A stretch of 64,000 nt of DNA, from contig CAXXFL010000004.1 in NCBI GenBank assembly GCA_963674965.2, positions 1-64,000 on the forward strand, written 5' to 3'. The notes under the pieces were generated by a model. The model saw nothing but the letters and a program-made list of their open reading frames with translations. It searched no databases and was not told the origin of the DNA. This DNA comes from a bacterium (GTDB lineage Bacteria; RBG-13-61-14; DATKZS01). Positions 18,276 to 27,301 of this stretch are shown here, in pieces; positions within the stretch are counted from its first letter, which is position 1, and each line of letters opens with the position of its first letter. The position numbers and the translations under genes are program-made.

Positions 18276-19722
18276 TGTACAGACCGGAGACATGGGTAAC
18301 AGGTGTTCGGAGACATGGGTAACAGTTGGTACATTCTTCTGTATGTCAATACAGGAGAAGAAAGATGCCATGGAATGAGGTTACCGAAGTGTCTCAGAGG
18401 AAGGATTTTGTTTATTTAGCGATGCAGCCAGGTTCCAACATAAGCGAGTTATGCCGTCGATTCGGTATCAGTCGCCGCACCGGCTACAAGTGGATCAGCC
18501 GTGGGCAAAGCGGTGAAGAGGACTGGGCATGTGACAGGTCCCGCCGTCCCAGGCGATCTCCCCAGCGTGTTTGCCCGGAGGTCGAGCAGTTGGTGCTTTC
18601 GGTTCGCGACGAGCATCCGACCTGGGGAGGGCGCAAAATCGAGCGGCGGCTGATCGATCTTGGTCACGACGAAGTGCCAAGGCCGAGCACGATCACGGCG
18701 ATCCTCGACCGCAACGGCAGGCTGCGGGACGCCCAGCGCAAGGCTCGCGGTCCCATGAAGCGTTTCGAACGAGAGGCTCCCAACCAGTTGTGGCAGATGG
18801 ATTTCAAGGGACATTTTCCGACGGCGGCCGGTTCCTGTCACCCTCTCACCGTGGTGGACGACCACTCCAGGTTCGCGTTGACGGTCACCGCCTGCTCCAA
18901 CGAACGGGCGGACACCGTGCGGGCAAGCCTGGCGCCGGTCTTCATGCGCTACGGCCTGCCCAGCCGCATACTTACCGACAACGGATCGAGCTTCTGCGCG
19001 CCGAACTCGCGTTACAACTACATGAGCGCCTGGCTGATCAGGCTCGGCGTCGGCATCAGCCACGGCCGTCCCTTTCATCCCCAGACCCAGGGCAAGAACG
19101 AGCGGTTCAACCGGACCCTTAAGGAGGAGGCGATAAGGGGACGCAACTTCGGCGACCTGAACGACTGTCAGAAAGCCTTCGACCGTTTTCGCGACTGCTA
19201 TAACCATGAACGTCCCCACGAGGCCCTGGACATGAACACGCCGGCCAGCCGTTACGCGATGAGCCCCTTTGCCTATCCCGAGACTCTGCCCGAAGTCTGG
19301 TATCGGGATGATTGGCCGACTTGCAAGGTGAACCCGGGCGGGGCGGTTAGAATCAAAGGCGAGTTTTATCCAGTGGGGCGGGCCTTCGTTGGTGAAAAGG
19401 TCGGCTTGCGAAATACACAAGTGGACGGCGTGATCGAGGTTTATTACTGCCGCCAACGGATCATGGTCGTCGATCTGCGAGACCATAGCTGGAGCAAACG
19501 TGATAAAAGGTTTTCTCGACCATGAGGACGATAGCATCTCCACGAGGCCCGTCAAGGGTAAATCCCTGCGGGACGGCTGCGCCGCCCTTGACTGGCCACG
19601 TGATCGATGCATAGATAAACTTAGGTCGAGGAAAAATAGGTCAATAGCAGGAGCGCGAGCAAGCGAGGAAATATGTTACCTATGTGCCCGAACACTTGTG
19701 AAGCATGTCTCCGGTCTGTACA
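18276..19722 (+). mobile_element. IS481-family insertion sequence (1447 bp)
   Basis: TGT...ACA ends; ~49-bp imperfect TIRs starting tgtacagaccggagacatg, with internal repeated sub-sites; CTCG duplicated at 18272-18275 and 19723-19726. Confidence 0.93.
18365..19525 (+). CDS. IS481 transposase
   Basis: MPW start with AGGAG RBS; ELCRRFGISRRTGYKW; LWQMDFKG; VDDHSR; TDNG; PQTQGKNERF. Confidence 0.93.
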   Translation: MPWNEVTEVSQRKDFVYLAMQPGSNISELCRRFGISRRTGYKWISRGQSGEEDWACDRSRRPRRSPQRVCPEVEQLVLSVRDEHPTWGGRKIERRLIDLGHDEVPRPSTITAILDRNGRLRDAQRKARGPMKRFEREAPNQLWQMDFKGHFPTAAGSCHPLTVVDDHSRFALTVTACSNERADTVRASLAPVFMRYGLPSRILTDNGSSFCAPNSRYNYMSAWLIRLGVGISHGRPFHPQTQGKNERFNRTLKEEAIRGRNFGDLNDCQKAFDRFRDCYNHERPHEALDMNTPASRYAMSPFAYPETLPEVWYRDDWPTCKVNPGGAVRIKGEFYPVGRAFVGEKVGLRNTQVDGVIEVYYCRQRIMVVDLRDHSWSKRDKRFSRP

Positions 19723-20146
19723 CTCGACGCCGCTTTTCTTCCGAGGGCTTGACGCGAGGCAAGCCGGTGTATTAATAGGCCTTGTCAAGCCAAGGCCCTC
19801 GAAAGCGGTCTCAAGCGACCGCACTCCAAAGCGGCTATGCCGCAAAGAAAAGGACTTTTGCAAGAAGTTCCACTGACAATCCTTTTCTTGGCGTTATCAT
19901 AAGCGCAATATGATTTTTTGCCCGCCGGGAAGAAAACCGCCGGTGGCCCATCATTTTCCGAAAATGCATGGGTGGCGCGGCCCAGCGTCGAGCTTAACCT
20001 CCCTTTCACTCAATCATGGACTGACGCTTAATCCCTCGCTATTTTCGAGTCCTTCCATGGACCTGGTCGAATAGCAGGTTCAGCCCGCGGCTTGCGCCGC
20101 GCGTGAGGCCGTCAAGCGTTGCAACGATAACGACGCGTCTCAAGTC

Positions 20147-21412
20147 TCACTCCAAGTCCTTGGCCCTGGCCTCGAAAACCCTGCAGCCCCGGCGGGGACT
20201 GGCCGTGCCTATGATCAGCTTGCCGTCGTGAACGGCCATGGACCGGACGCCGTAGTGGAAGGCGGAGCCGAAGGCGTCGTCGGTCTCGACGGTCCATTTT
20301 TCCCCGTCCTCGGTCGAGTATAAGACGAACCGGCCGCGAGGCAGCGTGAAGTCGCTGTGCGAGTAAGTGCCGGCGTAGAGCCGTCCGTTATATTCCTCCA
20401 TCTGCCACAGGTAGGCGTTGTGCCTGCTGGTATAACCCTTCTCGAGTACGCGCTCGAAGTTCTCGCCGTCGTCGCTGACGTACAGGTCGAAGCCCCGGAA
20501 GAAATCCATGGTCGAGACGTAAAGCCTCCCCTTAAACGCGATGAGTTTCATGGCCGCCGTGTTGGTCTTCTTGGCCGCGCCCTTTTCCATGACCTTCACG
20601 AAGCTCAAGCCGTCGGCGGTGTAAAAAAGCTGGAACCCTCCCAGGATGTTCAAGGTACCCATGTATAGGCGGCCTTTAAACTCGGTGAAGTCAGACACCC
20701 AGACGTTGCCCTTGTCCCCCAGGCCCTTGTCGGCGGCCTTCTCCCAGTTCTCGCCGTCCGCGCTTGTCCAGATGCCCGCGCCCTCGCTCCGGTTCTCGAG
20801 CCCCACGTAGACCATGCCCTTGTACCAGCCCAGGCCCCGGCCCGAGGTGTTGTCCTTGTCCCCGAAGCCGCCGGTGGCCACCGCCTCCCAGTCGTCGCCG
20901 TCCCGGGTCCGCCATACCTCCATGCCGTCGTCGTGGTTGTTGGTCACGCCGTAAAGATAATCCCCCGCCGCGTAGAGCTTTCTCACGCCCATGTTCCTGG
21001 GATTATCCAGGCCGCCGTCAACCACCCGCGTCCACCCATCTCCCTCCCGGCGCCAGATTTCAGCGCCGTTGGTCGTCCGCTTGCCCGAGGTCCCGGCGAA
21101 GAAGCTGAACATGCCCGGCAAGCTTTTCACGTTTAGCGTGCCCACGTAAAGGTCGCCCTTAAACGAGGCCATGGAGAAGGCGTACTTGTTGGACGGGTCG
21201 CCGAACCCCTCCTCGTTTATAAGCCTCACGTCCGTGAGGGTCGCCGTGGAAAGGGGATCGTCGGCGCGAGAGTTGAGGGCCAGCGAGGCGGCAATCAAAA
21301 CAAAGAAAAAAACAACCGCCCAGCCGCGGCCTCTCGGCCATACATTGAAAAGTGAACCGGCACCATGAACCGACTTTTTCCCGAAACCTTTCCCTATCAT
21401 GATTTCCTCCAT
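20147..21412 (-). CDS. Secreted beta-propeller protein with Asp-box/BNR-like repeats
   Basis: Hydrophobic leader; ~50-aa repeats of FKGRLYVGT with S/TxDGxxW/F. Confidence 0.7.
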   Translation of the reverse strand: MEEIMIGKGFGKKSVHGAGSLFNVWPRGRGWAVVFFFVLIAASLALNSRADDPLSTATLTDVRLINEEGFGDPSNKYAFSMASFKGDLYVGTLNVKSLPGMFSFFAGTSGKRTTNGAEIWRREGDGWTRVVDGGLDNPRNMGVRKLYAAGDYLYGVTNNHDDGMEVWRTRDGDDWEAVATGGFGDKDNTSGRGLGWYKGMVYVGLENRSEGAGIWTSADGENWEKAADKGLGDKGNVWVSDFTEFKGRLYMGTLNILGGFQLFYTADGLSFVKVMEKGAAKKTNTAAMKLIAFKGRLYVSTMDFFRGFDLYVSDDGENFERVLEKGYTSRHNAYLWQMEEYNGRLYAGTYSHSDFTLPRGRFVLYSTEDGEKWTVETDDAFGSAFHYGVRSMAVHDGKLIIGTASPRRGCRVFEARAKDLE

Positions 21413-21571
21413 GCTTCTTTGCCAATTCTAGTATCACGCATAGCCCCGCTATGAGTGCGACCAAAGGGAGCAGGTTTCCTTTGCGTCTCCAATTCATTCA
21501 ATACACTTCAACCCGCTCGCTTCGCTCGCCCACATAGCGGGAGCCATGCATACACGTTATAGGCGGCGCTC

Positions 21572-22447
21572 TTAATCCGACCAGAAGTTCCTGGCCAGTT
21601 TCCGGCGTTCTTGCCAGAGGCTTCCCTTGCCCGCGAAATTGACTATGCCCTGGCCCTGGTCCGCGTCCTCCACCCGCCATCCGCCGTTGACGGCCCCGCT
21701 CAGGCCGGCGGAGAGCATCTCGAAGCCCTGGGCCGTGTAAAGGTCGGTCTCGCAGCCCCGGTTGATGATGTATTTGAGTTGACGGCAAGCCTGCTGGTTC
21801 TTCGAGCGGAGCACCTCGAGCAGCGCCCCCACCTCGGCGTCAAGCCGGCCGTTCTCGACCACCCGGTTCCACAGGTTCCACTCGACCGCCCGCCTGGCCG
21901 GCATCAGCGCCCCGATGATATTGATCTCCTTGGTCCGCCGCTTGCCAATGTAGCGAGCCATGCGCGTGGTCCCGCCCCAACCCGGGGTGATGCCGCTGTC
22001 AACCTCGGGCATGCCCCATATGGAACGCTCGGTGGCGATGACGAAGTCGCAGGCCATGGTGATTTCAAGGCCGCCGCCCACCGCGTAGCCGTCCACCGCG
22101 GAGACGGTCATCTTGTCCAGGTCCTCCAGGGAGTTGGCCATGTCCTGGTAAACCCGGACCCGACGGGTCACGCCGTTGGCGCCCTGCGTCATCTTGCCAT
22201 GTTCGTCCTTGAACCAATTGGGCATCTCGGTGATGTCGTCACCCGCGCAGAAGCTGTCTCCCGCCCCCTTGATGACCACGAACTTGGTATCGGTCGACCT
22301 CTTGATGGTCTGAATGGCCTCGACCAGCATCTCCGACATCTCGATGCTGAGGGCGTTGCGGACCTTGGGCCGGTTAAGCGTAACGCGGGCCGTGTCTCCA
22401 TCCATCTCCAATAACAACGGCTTCTCTTTCATCGTCGTCTCCTCCAT
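21572..22447 (-). CDS. Enoyl-CoA hydratase/isomerase family protein
   Basis: LNRPKVRNAL; FCAGDD; GGGLE; MPEV; PGWGG (start could be 22432). Confidence 0.9.
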   Translation of the reverse strand: MEETTMKEKPLLLEMDGDTARVTLNRPKVRNALSIEMSEMLVEAIQTIKRSTDTKFVVIKGAGDSFCAGDDITEMPNWFKDEHGKMTQGANGVTRRVRVYQDMANSLEDLDKMTVSAVDGYAVGGGLEITMACDFVIATERSIWGMPEVDSGITPGWGGTTRMARYIGKRRTKEINIIGALMPARRAVEWNLWNRVVENGRLDAEVGALLEVLRSKNQQACRQLKYIINRGCETDLYTAQGFEMLSAGLSGAVNGGWRVEDADQGQGIVNFAGKGSLWQERRKLARNFWSD

Positions 22448-22510
22448 GGTGTCTTTTCATTAACAATTGCACTTATTACATGCCATCCGCAAGCGGTGGG
22501 GCATCCCCGC

Positions 22511-23518
22511 TCACCTCACGAAATTCTCGTGGCAGAACTTCATGGCCTCTTCCATGTTGGCGGCTATGTCGTTGAAGTCCACGTCCATGGCCTTGACTTC
22601 CTTGTAGGCGGGGACGTTATCGGGGGTGGGGACGCCGGCGCGGAGGGGCATCTGGGCGGAGCCGGAAAAGGCGAGCTTTTCTTCCACCTCGGGCGACAAC
22701 AAATAGTCGATCAGCTTTTGGCCGTTCTCGGGGTTGGGTCCGTTAGCTATGAGGGCCGCGGTATTGGGGATGAGAAGGGCGCCCATGCCTTCCTTGTCCG
22801 GATATATCACGCCCACGGGAGCGCCCTTCCCGATGGCCAGGCTGGCGTCGTCCGTGTCGGTAAAGCCGAGGGGATAATCGCCCGCCACCACGCGGTCGCG
22901 GCTGGTGGAGTTACCGGGGACGATGACGAGGTCGTTGGCCAGAAGCTCGAGAAGGAAGGCCTTGGCCTTCTCCGGCCCGAGGAGGGCGAACCAGGCGGCG
23001 ACGTGAGTCGAGGTGGTGCCGAACATGGGGTTGGCCATGGTAACCTTGCCCTTGAACCTGGGCGCGGTCAGATCGAGGACCGAGCCCGGCTTTTCCTCTG
23101 GCGCCAGCGTTTCCTTGTTGTAAATGAGTATACGGGCCCGGGCGGCGAAGCCGGTCCAGTAACCTTCGCTATCCTTGAAGTTCTCCGGGATACCCTGGGC
23201 CATGGGCGATTTGTAAGGGGCCAGGACGCCCTTTTCCTTCAGCACGATGGTCCGTCCCACCTCGGAGTTCCAGAAGACGTCGGCCCGGGGGGAGTCCTTT
23301 TCCGCGATCAGGCGGTTGACCAGGCCCGTGGTCTTCGAGGCCTCCGTGTCGTAAACCACCTTGACCTCGATCCCGGTCTTTTGCTCGAACCCTTCCAGGA
23401 TATCCTCGGAAAATATCTGATCCAGCGAGGTGTATACCACCACCCGGGGCTTCTGACTTGGGGGGCAACCGACAAAAAGCGCGACCAAAAGCGCGATAGA
23501 AACGATCCTTATTCTCAT
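22511..23518 (-). CDS. ABC transporter solute-binding lipoprotein (Fe3+/polyamine-like class)
   Basis: Lipobox FVGC; VVVYTS; ADVFWNSE; TDTDD; IPNTAALI. Confidence 0.85.
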   Translation of the reverse strand: MRIRIVSIALLVALFVGCPPSQKPRVVVYTSLDQIFSEDILEGFEQKTGIEVKVVYDTEASKTTGLVNRLIAEKDSPRADVFWNSEVGRTIVLKEKGVLAPYKSPMAQGIPENFKDSEGYWTGFAARARILIYNKETLAPEEKPGSVLDLTAPRFKGKVTMANPMFGTTSTHVAAWFALLGPEKAKAFLLELLANDLVIVPGNSTSRDRVVAGDYPLGFTDTDDASLAIGKGAPVGVIYPDKEGMGALLIPNTAALIANGPNPENGQKLIDYLLSPEVEEKLAFSGSAQMPLRAGVPTPDNVPAYKEVKAMDVDFNDIAANMEEAMKFCHENFVR

Positions 23519-23554
23519 GTCCCTTCTCCTTCAGTCCGGGTAAAATATATAAGA

Positions 23555-23740
23555 GAGCTTCTTGCAAAAGTCCCGCTTTGGAGTGCGGCGGCTCGACGCC
23601 GCTTTTCTTCCGAGCGGTTTGACGCGAGGCTAGTCGTTGTATTTTTAGGCATTGTCAAGCCAAGGCCATCGAAAGCGGTCTCAAGCGAACGCATTCCAAA
23701 GCGACTATGCCGCCAAGAAAAGGACTTTTGCAAGGAACTC
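23555..23740. mobile_element. MITE copy 2 (186 bp, intact)
   Basis: TIRs gagcttcttgcaaaagtcc / ggacttttgcaaggaactc; AAGA duplicated at 23551-23554 and 23741-23744. Confidence 0.88.
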
Positions 23741-23910
23741 AAGATATTGCGGCATTGTAACATATATGGATGACGAGGAAAGAGGGGCCGGGCAAAATAT
23801 CCGAAGGTCCTTTTTAAGGGAGGGAATAGATACTCGAGGTTGCTGCGGCGCCGAGGCCGTCAAGCCTTGGTATTGGAGAATGCATTATGATGGACGGGTG
23901 CTTTTCGTTT

Positions 23911-24936
23911 TCAGAGCGCCTGGATCATCTCTTTTCTCTGTTCCTCGAGGGAGACGATTATTCTGGCCACGTCGATGTCCTTGAGCCGAAGGTCCCGTAC
24001 GATGGGCAAGCCGATCAGGTTCATTTCCTTGTTTTCCGACTCGCGCTGGATTTTGAGGTTGATAAGGTCGGCGGCGCTGAGGACCATGGCCAGGGGTTTG
24101 GCCTCTCCGGCTTCCTTGGGCCGGTGGTGATACCATACCGCCTCGATGATGGAGCGGGGGAAGTTCCATTTCCTCAAGAGCTCGGCGCCGATGCTCTCGT
24201 GCATCACGTTGAGCAGTTCCTTGAAAATGTCCTCGGGCAGTTCCTTGACGCGCGGGTCGTTTTGGCCCATCTCATCGAGGGAGTGGATAATAAAAATCGA
24301 GCCGATATCCTGGACCAGGCCGGCCAGGAAGGCCTCGTCCCTGTTCGCGGATTTGGACGCCTCGGCCACGAGGCCGGCGGCGAGGGCGCACCCTATCGAG
24401 TCGACCCAGAACCGGCCCAGCCTGCCGTTGTACATGGACCCGTTGACGTTCGAGGCCCGCTTGACGCCGATGGCCACGGCGATATTTCTCACGCCGTTGA
24501 ACCCTATCCTTTTGATGGACTCGGGCAGGTTGTTGATTTCCTTGAGGCCCCGGTAAAAGCTGGAATTGGCCAGGCTCACCACCTTGGACGCTATCACCGA
24601 ATCCCTGCCGACGATTTCCGCGAAGCTCTCGAGGGGACGGTCGGGATCGCTTGCCGCCTCGAGTATCTGGACCGCCACGTGGGGCATGGTGGGTAGCTCG
24701 ACTTCTTTGTTTTTCAACTCGTCATGGATTATCTCGAAAAGAGACAAGCCCTCGTCCCTCGATTCGGCCCTCATCTCCTTGTCCCGAACCGCGTCGGGCA
24801 TGTTCTTTAGACCGGTCGCCGCCCCGATCTGGCTCCCGCACTTGGTGCATTTGGCGTCACGGGCCTTGGAGGCGTCGGCCTCGAGGGGTATTTCCTGCAT
24901 GGCCCCGCAGGATGGACAGCTCGTGATGGTGTACAT
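23911..24936 (-). CDS. HDOD-domain protein with N-terminal zinc ribbon
   Basis: CPSC...CTKC; LPTMPHVA; ANSSFY; FLAGLVQDIG; WNFP...YHH. Confidence 0.85.
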   Translation of the reverse strand: MYTITSCPSCGAMQEIPLEADASKARDAKCTKCGSQIGAATGLKNMPDAVRDKEMRAESRDEGLSLFEIIHDELKNKEVELPTMPHVAVQILEAASDPDRPLESFAEIVGRDSVIASKVVSLANSSFYRGLKEINNLPESIKRIGFNGVRNIAVAIGVKRASNVNGSMYNGRLGRFWVDSIGCALAAGLVAEASKSANRDEAFLAGLVQDIGSIFIIHSLDEMGQNDPRVKELPEDIFKELLNVMHESIGAELLRKWNFPRSIIEAVWYHHRPKEAGEAKPLAMVLSAADLINLKIQRESENKEMNLIGLPIVRDLRLKDIDVARIIVSLEEQRKEMIQAL

Positions 24937-24946
24937 GCCTTGCCTC

Positions 24947-26815
24947 CTAATTGTCCTCGCCGATGATTTGAAGGATTTCGGAAATGGAACGGGGTTTGAT
25001 GGTAACGGGGGCCTTTTTCAGGATTTCCTCCAAGGTGGTGGCCCCCTGGACGACCTTGGCCAGTCCGCTTTCCTGGAGAGTCACGAGGCCGGAGCTTTTG
25101 ATGCAAAGCTTCCTGATGTGGCTCGAGGTCTTCCTCTCGAGTATGGCCTCCTTGACCTGCTCGTCGAGAATGAGTATCTCGTAAATGGCCGTCCTTCCGA
25201 TGTACCCGGTGTTAAAGCACTTATCGCACCCTTTTCCCTTGAAGATGGTATAGGGCGCAAGGTCCTCCGGCTCGACCTCCAGGAGGAAAAGCTCCTTGAA
25301 GGTGGGCGCCTTCTCCTCCTTGCAATGGGGACAGATTTTTCTTACCAGCCTTTGCGCCACGATGCAGATAACGGTGGACGAGATCATGAAGGCCTCGATC
25401 TCCATGTTCATGAGCCGCAGTATTCCTCCCACCGAGTCCTCGGTATGGAAGGTGGTAAACACCTTGTGTCCGGTAAGGGCGGCCTGGATCGCCGTTTCCG
25501 CCGTGTCCCTGTCCCTGATCTCGCCCAGCACGATGATATCCGGGTCCTGCCTGACGATGGCCTTGAGGGTGTCCTCGAAGGTCCGCCCGATGTGGTTGTC
25601 GATCGAGCACTGCATGATGCCCTCGATCTGGTACTCGACCGGGTCCTCGGCGGTGATGATCTTGACCCCCATCTCGTTGCAGTAGTCTATCGAGCTGTAA
25701 AGGGTGGTCGTTTTGCCGCTGCCGGTGGGTCCGGTTATCACCACGACCCCCGCCGGAACGCGGAGCACGAAGTCGTAATACTTCGAGAGCAGGTTGGGCG
25801 GCATGCCCAGCTCTTCCAGCGCCACGAGGCCCATCTTTTTATTGAGTATCCTCATGACGATGTTCTCGCCGTCAACGGTGATGTAAGTGGAGACGCGAAG
25901 GTCGATCATCTCGCCGTCGATCTCGATTTGTATCCTTCCGTCCTGGTGCCTTCTGTGCTCGGTGATGTCCATTTCCGCCATGATTTTTATCCTGGCGGCA
26001 ATCCTGGACTGCATCTCCTTGGGAAGGTCCGTGCGATGCACCAGCACCCCGTCCAGCCGGTAGCGGATTCTTACCTTGTTGGGAAGCGGCTCGATATGGA
26101 CGTCGCTGGCGTTGAGCCTGCTGGCCTCGAGGATGATAAAGTCGACTATGTCGGTGATCTTCTTGGTCGGATCGGACAGGACCTTGGCATAGGCCTCGTC
26201 GGACACCTTGCCCTGGTATTCGGCCAGCACCTCGGCGATCTTTTCCTGGTGGGCGATGGCGAAGACCGCGGGCATGGCGTAAATGCCCTCGATCATTTTA
26301 ACCACTTCTTTATCCGGTATGCCGGGCGCGATGACCCTTATTTTTCCCTCGTCTATGGAAAGAGGTATCAGGTGATTTTTACTTAGATAGTTGATGGACA
26401 CCCTGGATACGACCGCGGGATCGAGCATGGCCGAGTTGGGCTCGATAAAGGGGATGTCCTTTAGTTCGCATATGGACTCGATCAGATCGTGTTTATTTAT
26501 ATAGCCTTTCTCGACCAGCATGTCCTCGAACCGGGCCTCGGGGGTTTCCGCCAGCGCGGCATTGGCTTTCTCGTATTGCGATATCGTGATAAGGCCTTTT
26601 TCCATGAGCCAGTCGCCAAGGCCCATGGAGGACTTGTTTTCTTTCAGATATTCGTTGAGCCTGCTCCTGGTGATCAGACGAAGACCGATTAGTACCTCGC
26701 CAAAGCTCTTGAATTCCTCGAGACGCGACTGAACTTTTTTAGCGAATTCAACGTCTTTCGCCTCGATCACTCCGTCTTTCAAAAGCAGATTTGCAAGGTC
26801 TGGTTCCCTTTCCAT
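24947..26815 (-). CDS. GspE/PilB-family secretion/pilus assembly ATPase (start could be 26842)
   Basis: ASDVHIEP; GPTGSGKTTT; EDPVEY; RQDPDIIVLGEIRD; tetra-Cys CPHC/CDKC; N-terminal MshEN-like repeats. Confidence 0.93.
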   Translation of the reverse strand: MEREPDLANLLLKDGVIEAKDVEFAKKVQSRLEEFKSFGEVLIGLRLITRSRLNEYLKENKSSMGLGDWLMEKGLITISQYEKANAALAETPEARFEDMLVEKGYINKHDLIESICELKDIPFIEPNSAMLDPAVVSRVSINYLSKNHLIPLSIDEGKIRVIAPGIPDKEVVKMIEGIYAMPAVFAIAHQEKIAEVLAEYQGKVSDEAYAKVLSDPTKKITDIVDFIILEASRLNASDVHIEPLPNKVRIRYRLDGVLVHRTDLPKEMQSRIAARIKIMAEMDITEHRRHQDGRIQIEIDGEMIDLRVSTYITVDGENIVMRILNKKMGLVALEELGMPPNLLSKYYDFVLRVPAGVVVITGPTGSGKTTTLYSSIDYCNEMGVKIITAEDPVEYQIEGIMQCSIDNHIGRTFEDTLKAIVRQDPDIIVLGEIRDRDTAETAIQAALTGHKVFTTFHTEDSVGGILRLMNMEIEAFMISSTVICIVAQRLVRKICPHCKEEKAPTFKELFLLEVEPEDLAPYTIFKGKGCDKCFNTGYIGRTAIYEILILDEQVKEAILERKTSSHIRKLCIKSSGLVTLQESGLAKVVQGATTLEEILKKAPVTIKPRSISEILQIIGEDN

Positions 26816-27301
26816 GGGCCGAGCGCCCGCCACGCCAAGCATGTTTAATCTCCCCTGCCCTTTTCAGGCGGCCTTGCCGGTATTTTCGATTGGCATTTCT
26901 TTGAATTTCTCATTTTTGGTCGCCTTTTCCCGAAATTGGTATTTTTACATACAAGCCATTCATCCATTTTTTCCCGGAATCGGTTATTAACTGATTTTTA
27001 TTTTTATTATCGATATCTTTCATATATCGCCCAATTTTCAACTCCTCAATATCGCGGGCCTTACCCATATAACCAATATCACCGCGTAACTTGTGCAAGG
27101 TTTAAGCCATCGCTAATATTCAGCGAGGAATTTTTCAGCCCTCATACCATGGAAAGTGGACCATGGAGCGGGACGCGTCGTCTTATCGCGTGGATTGTCT
27201 CTCGGGTCCGCTTCTTTGCTCCCCCGTAAATGTCACCGCTAACTCCCCGTTGTTTGACCGGGTATTCTTTATTTGTTAATCTTTGAGCATCAAAGAGGAG
27301 G

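Larger units (their letters stand above)
18235..19870. mobile_element. MITE copy 1 (185 bp when rejoined), interrupted by IS481
   Basis: TIRs gagcctcttgcaaaattcc / ggacttttgcaagaagttc; CACT duplicated at 18231-18234 and 19871-19874; colinear with the copy at 23555-23740. Confidence 0.85.

Noticed and set aside
18276-18324. Tandem ggagacatgggtaaca repeats as a mini-CRISPR or iteron
   Set aside because: Only two units, mirrored at the other IS end; they are IS481 transposase-binding sub-repeats
23515-23763. 82-aa ORF here and the similar ORF at 19621-19863
   Set aside because: Both are translations of the MITE sequence, not independent genes
24566-26386. Long antisense ORFs (606 aa here; also 52693-54378, 7772-9205, 22496-23773, 84-1256)
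   Set aside because: Shadow frames of GC-rich genes with clear motifs on the opposite strand
26910-27229. Short ORFs in the AT-rich divergent intergenic region
   Set aside because: No RBS or motif support; more likely promoter DNA
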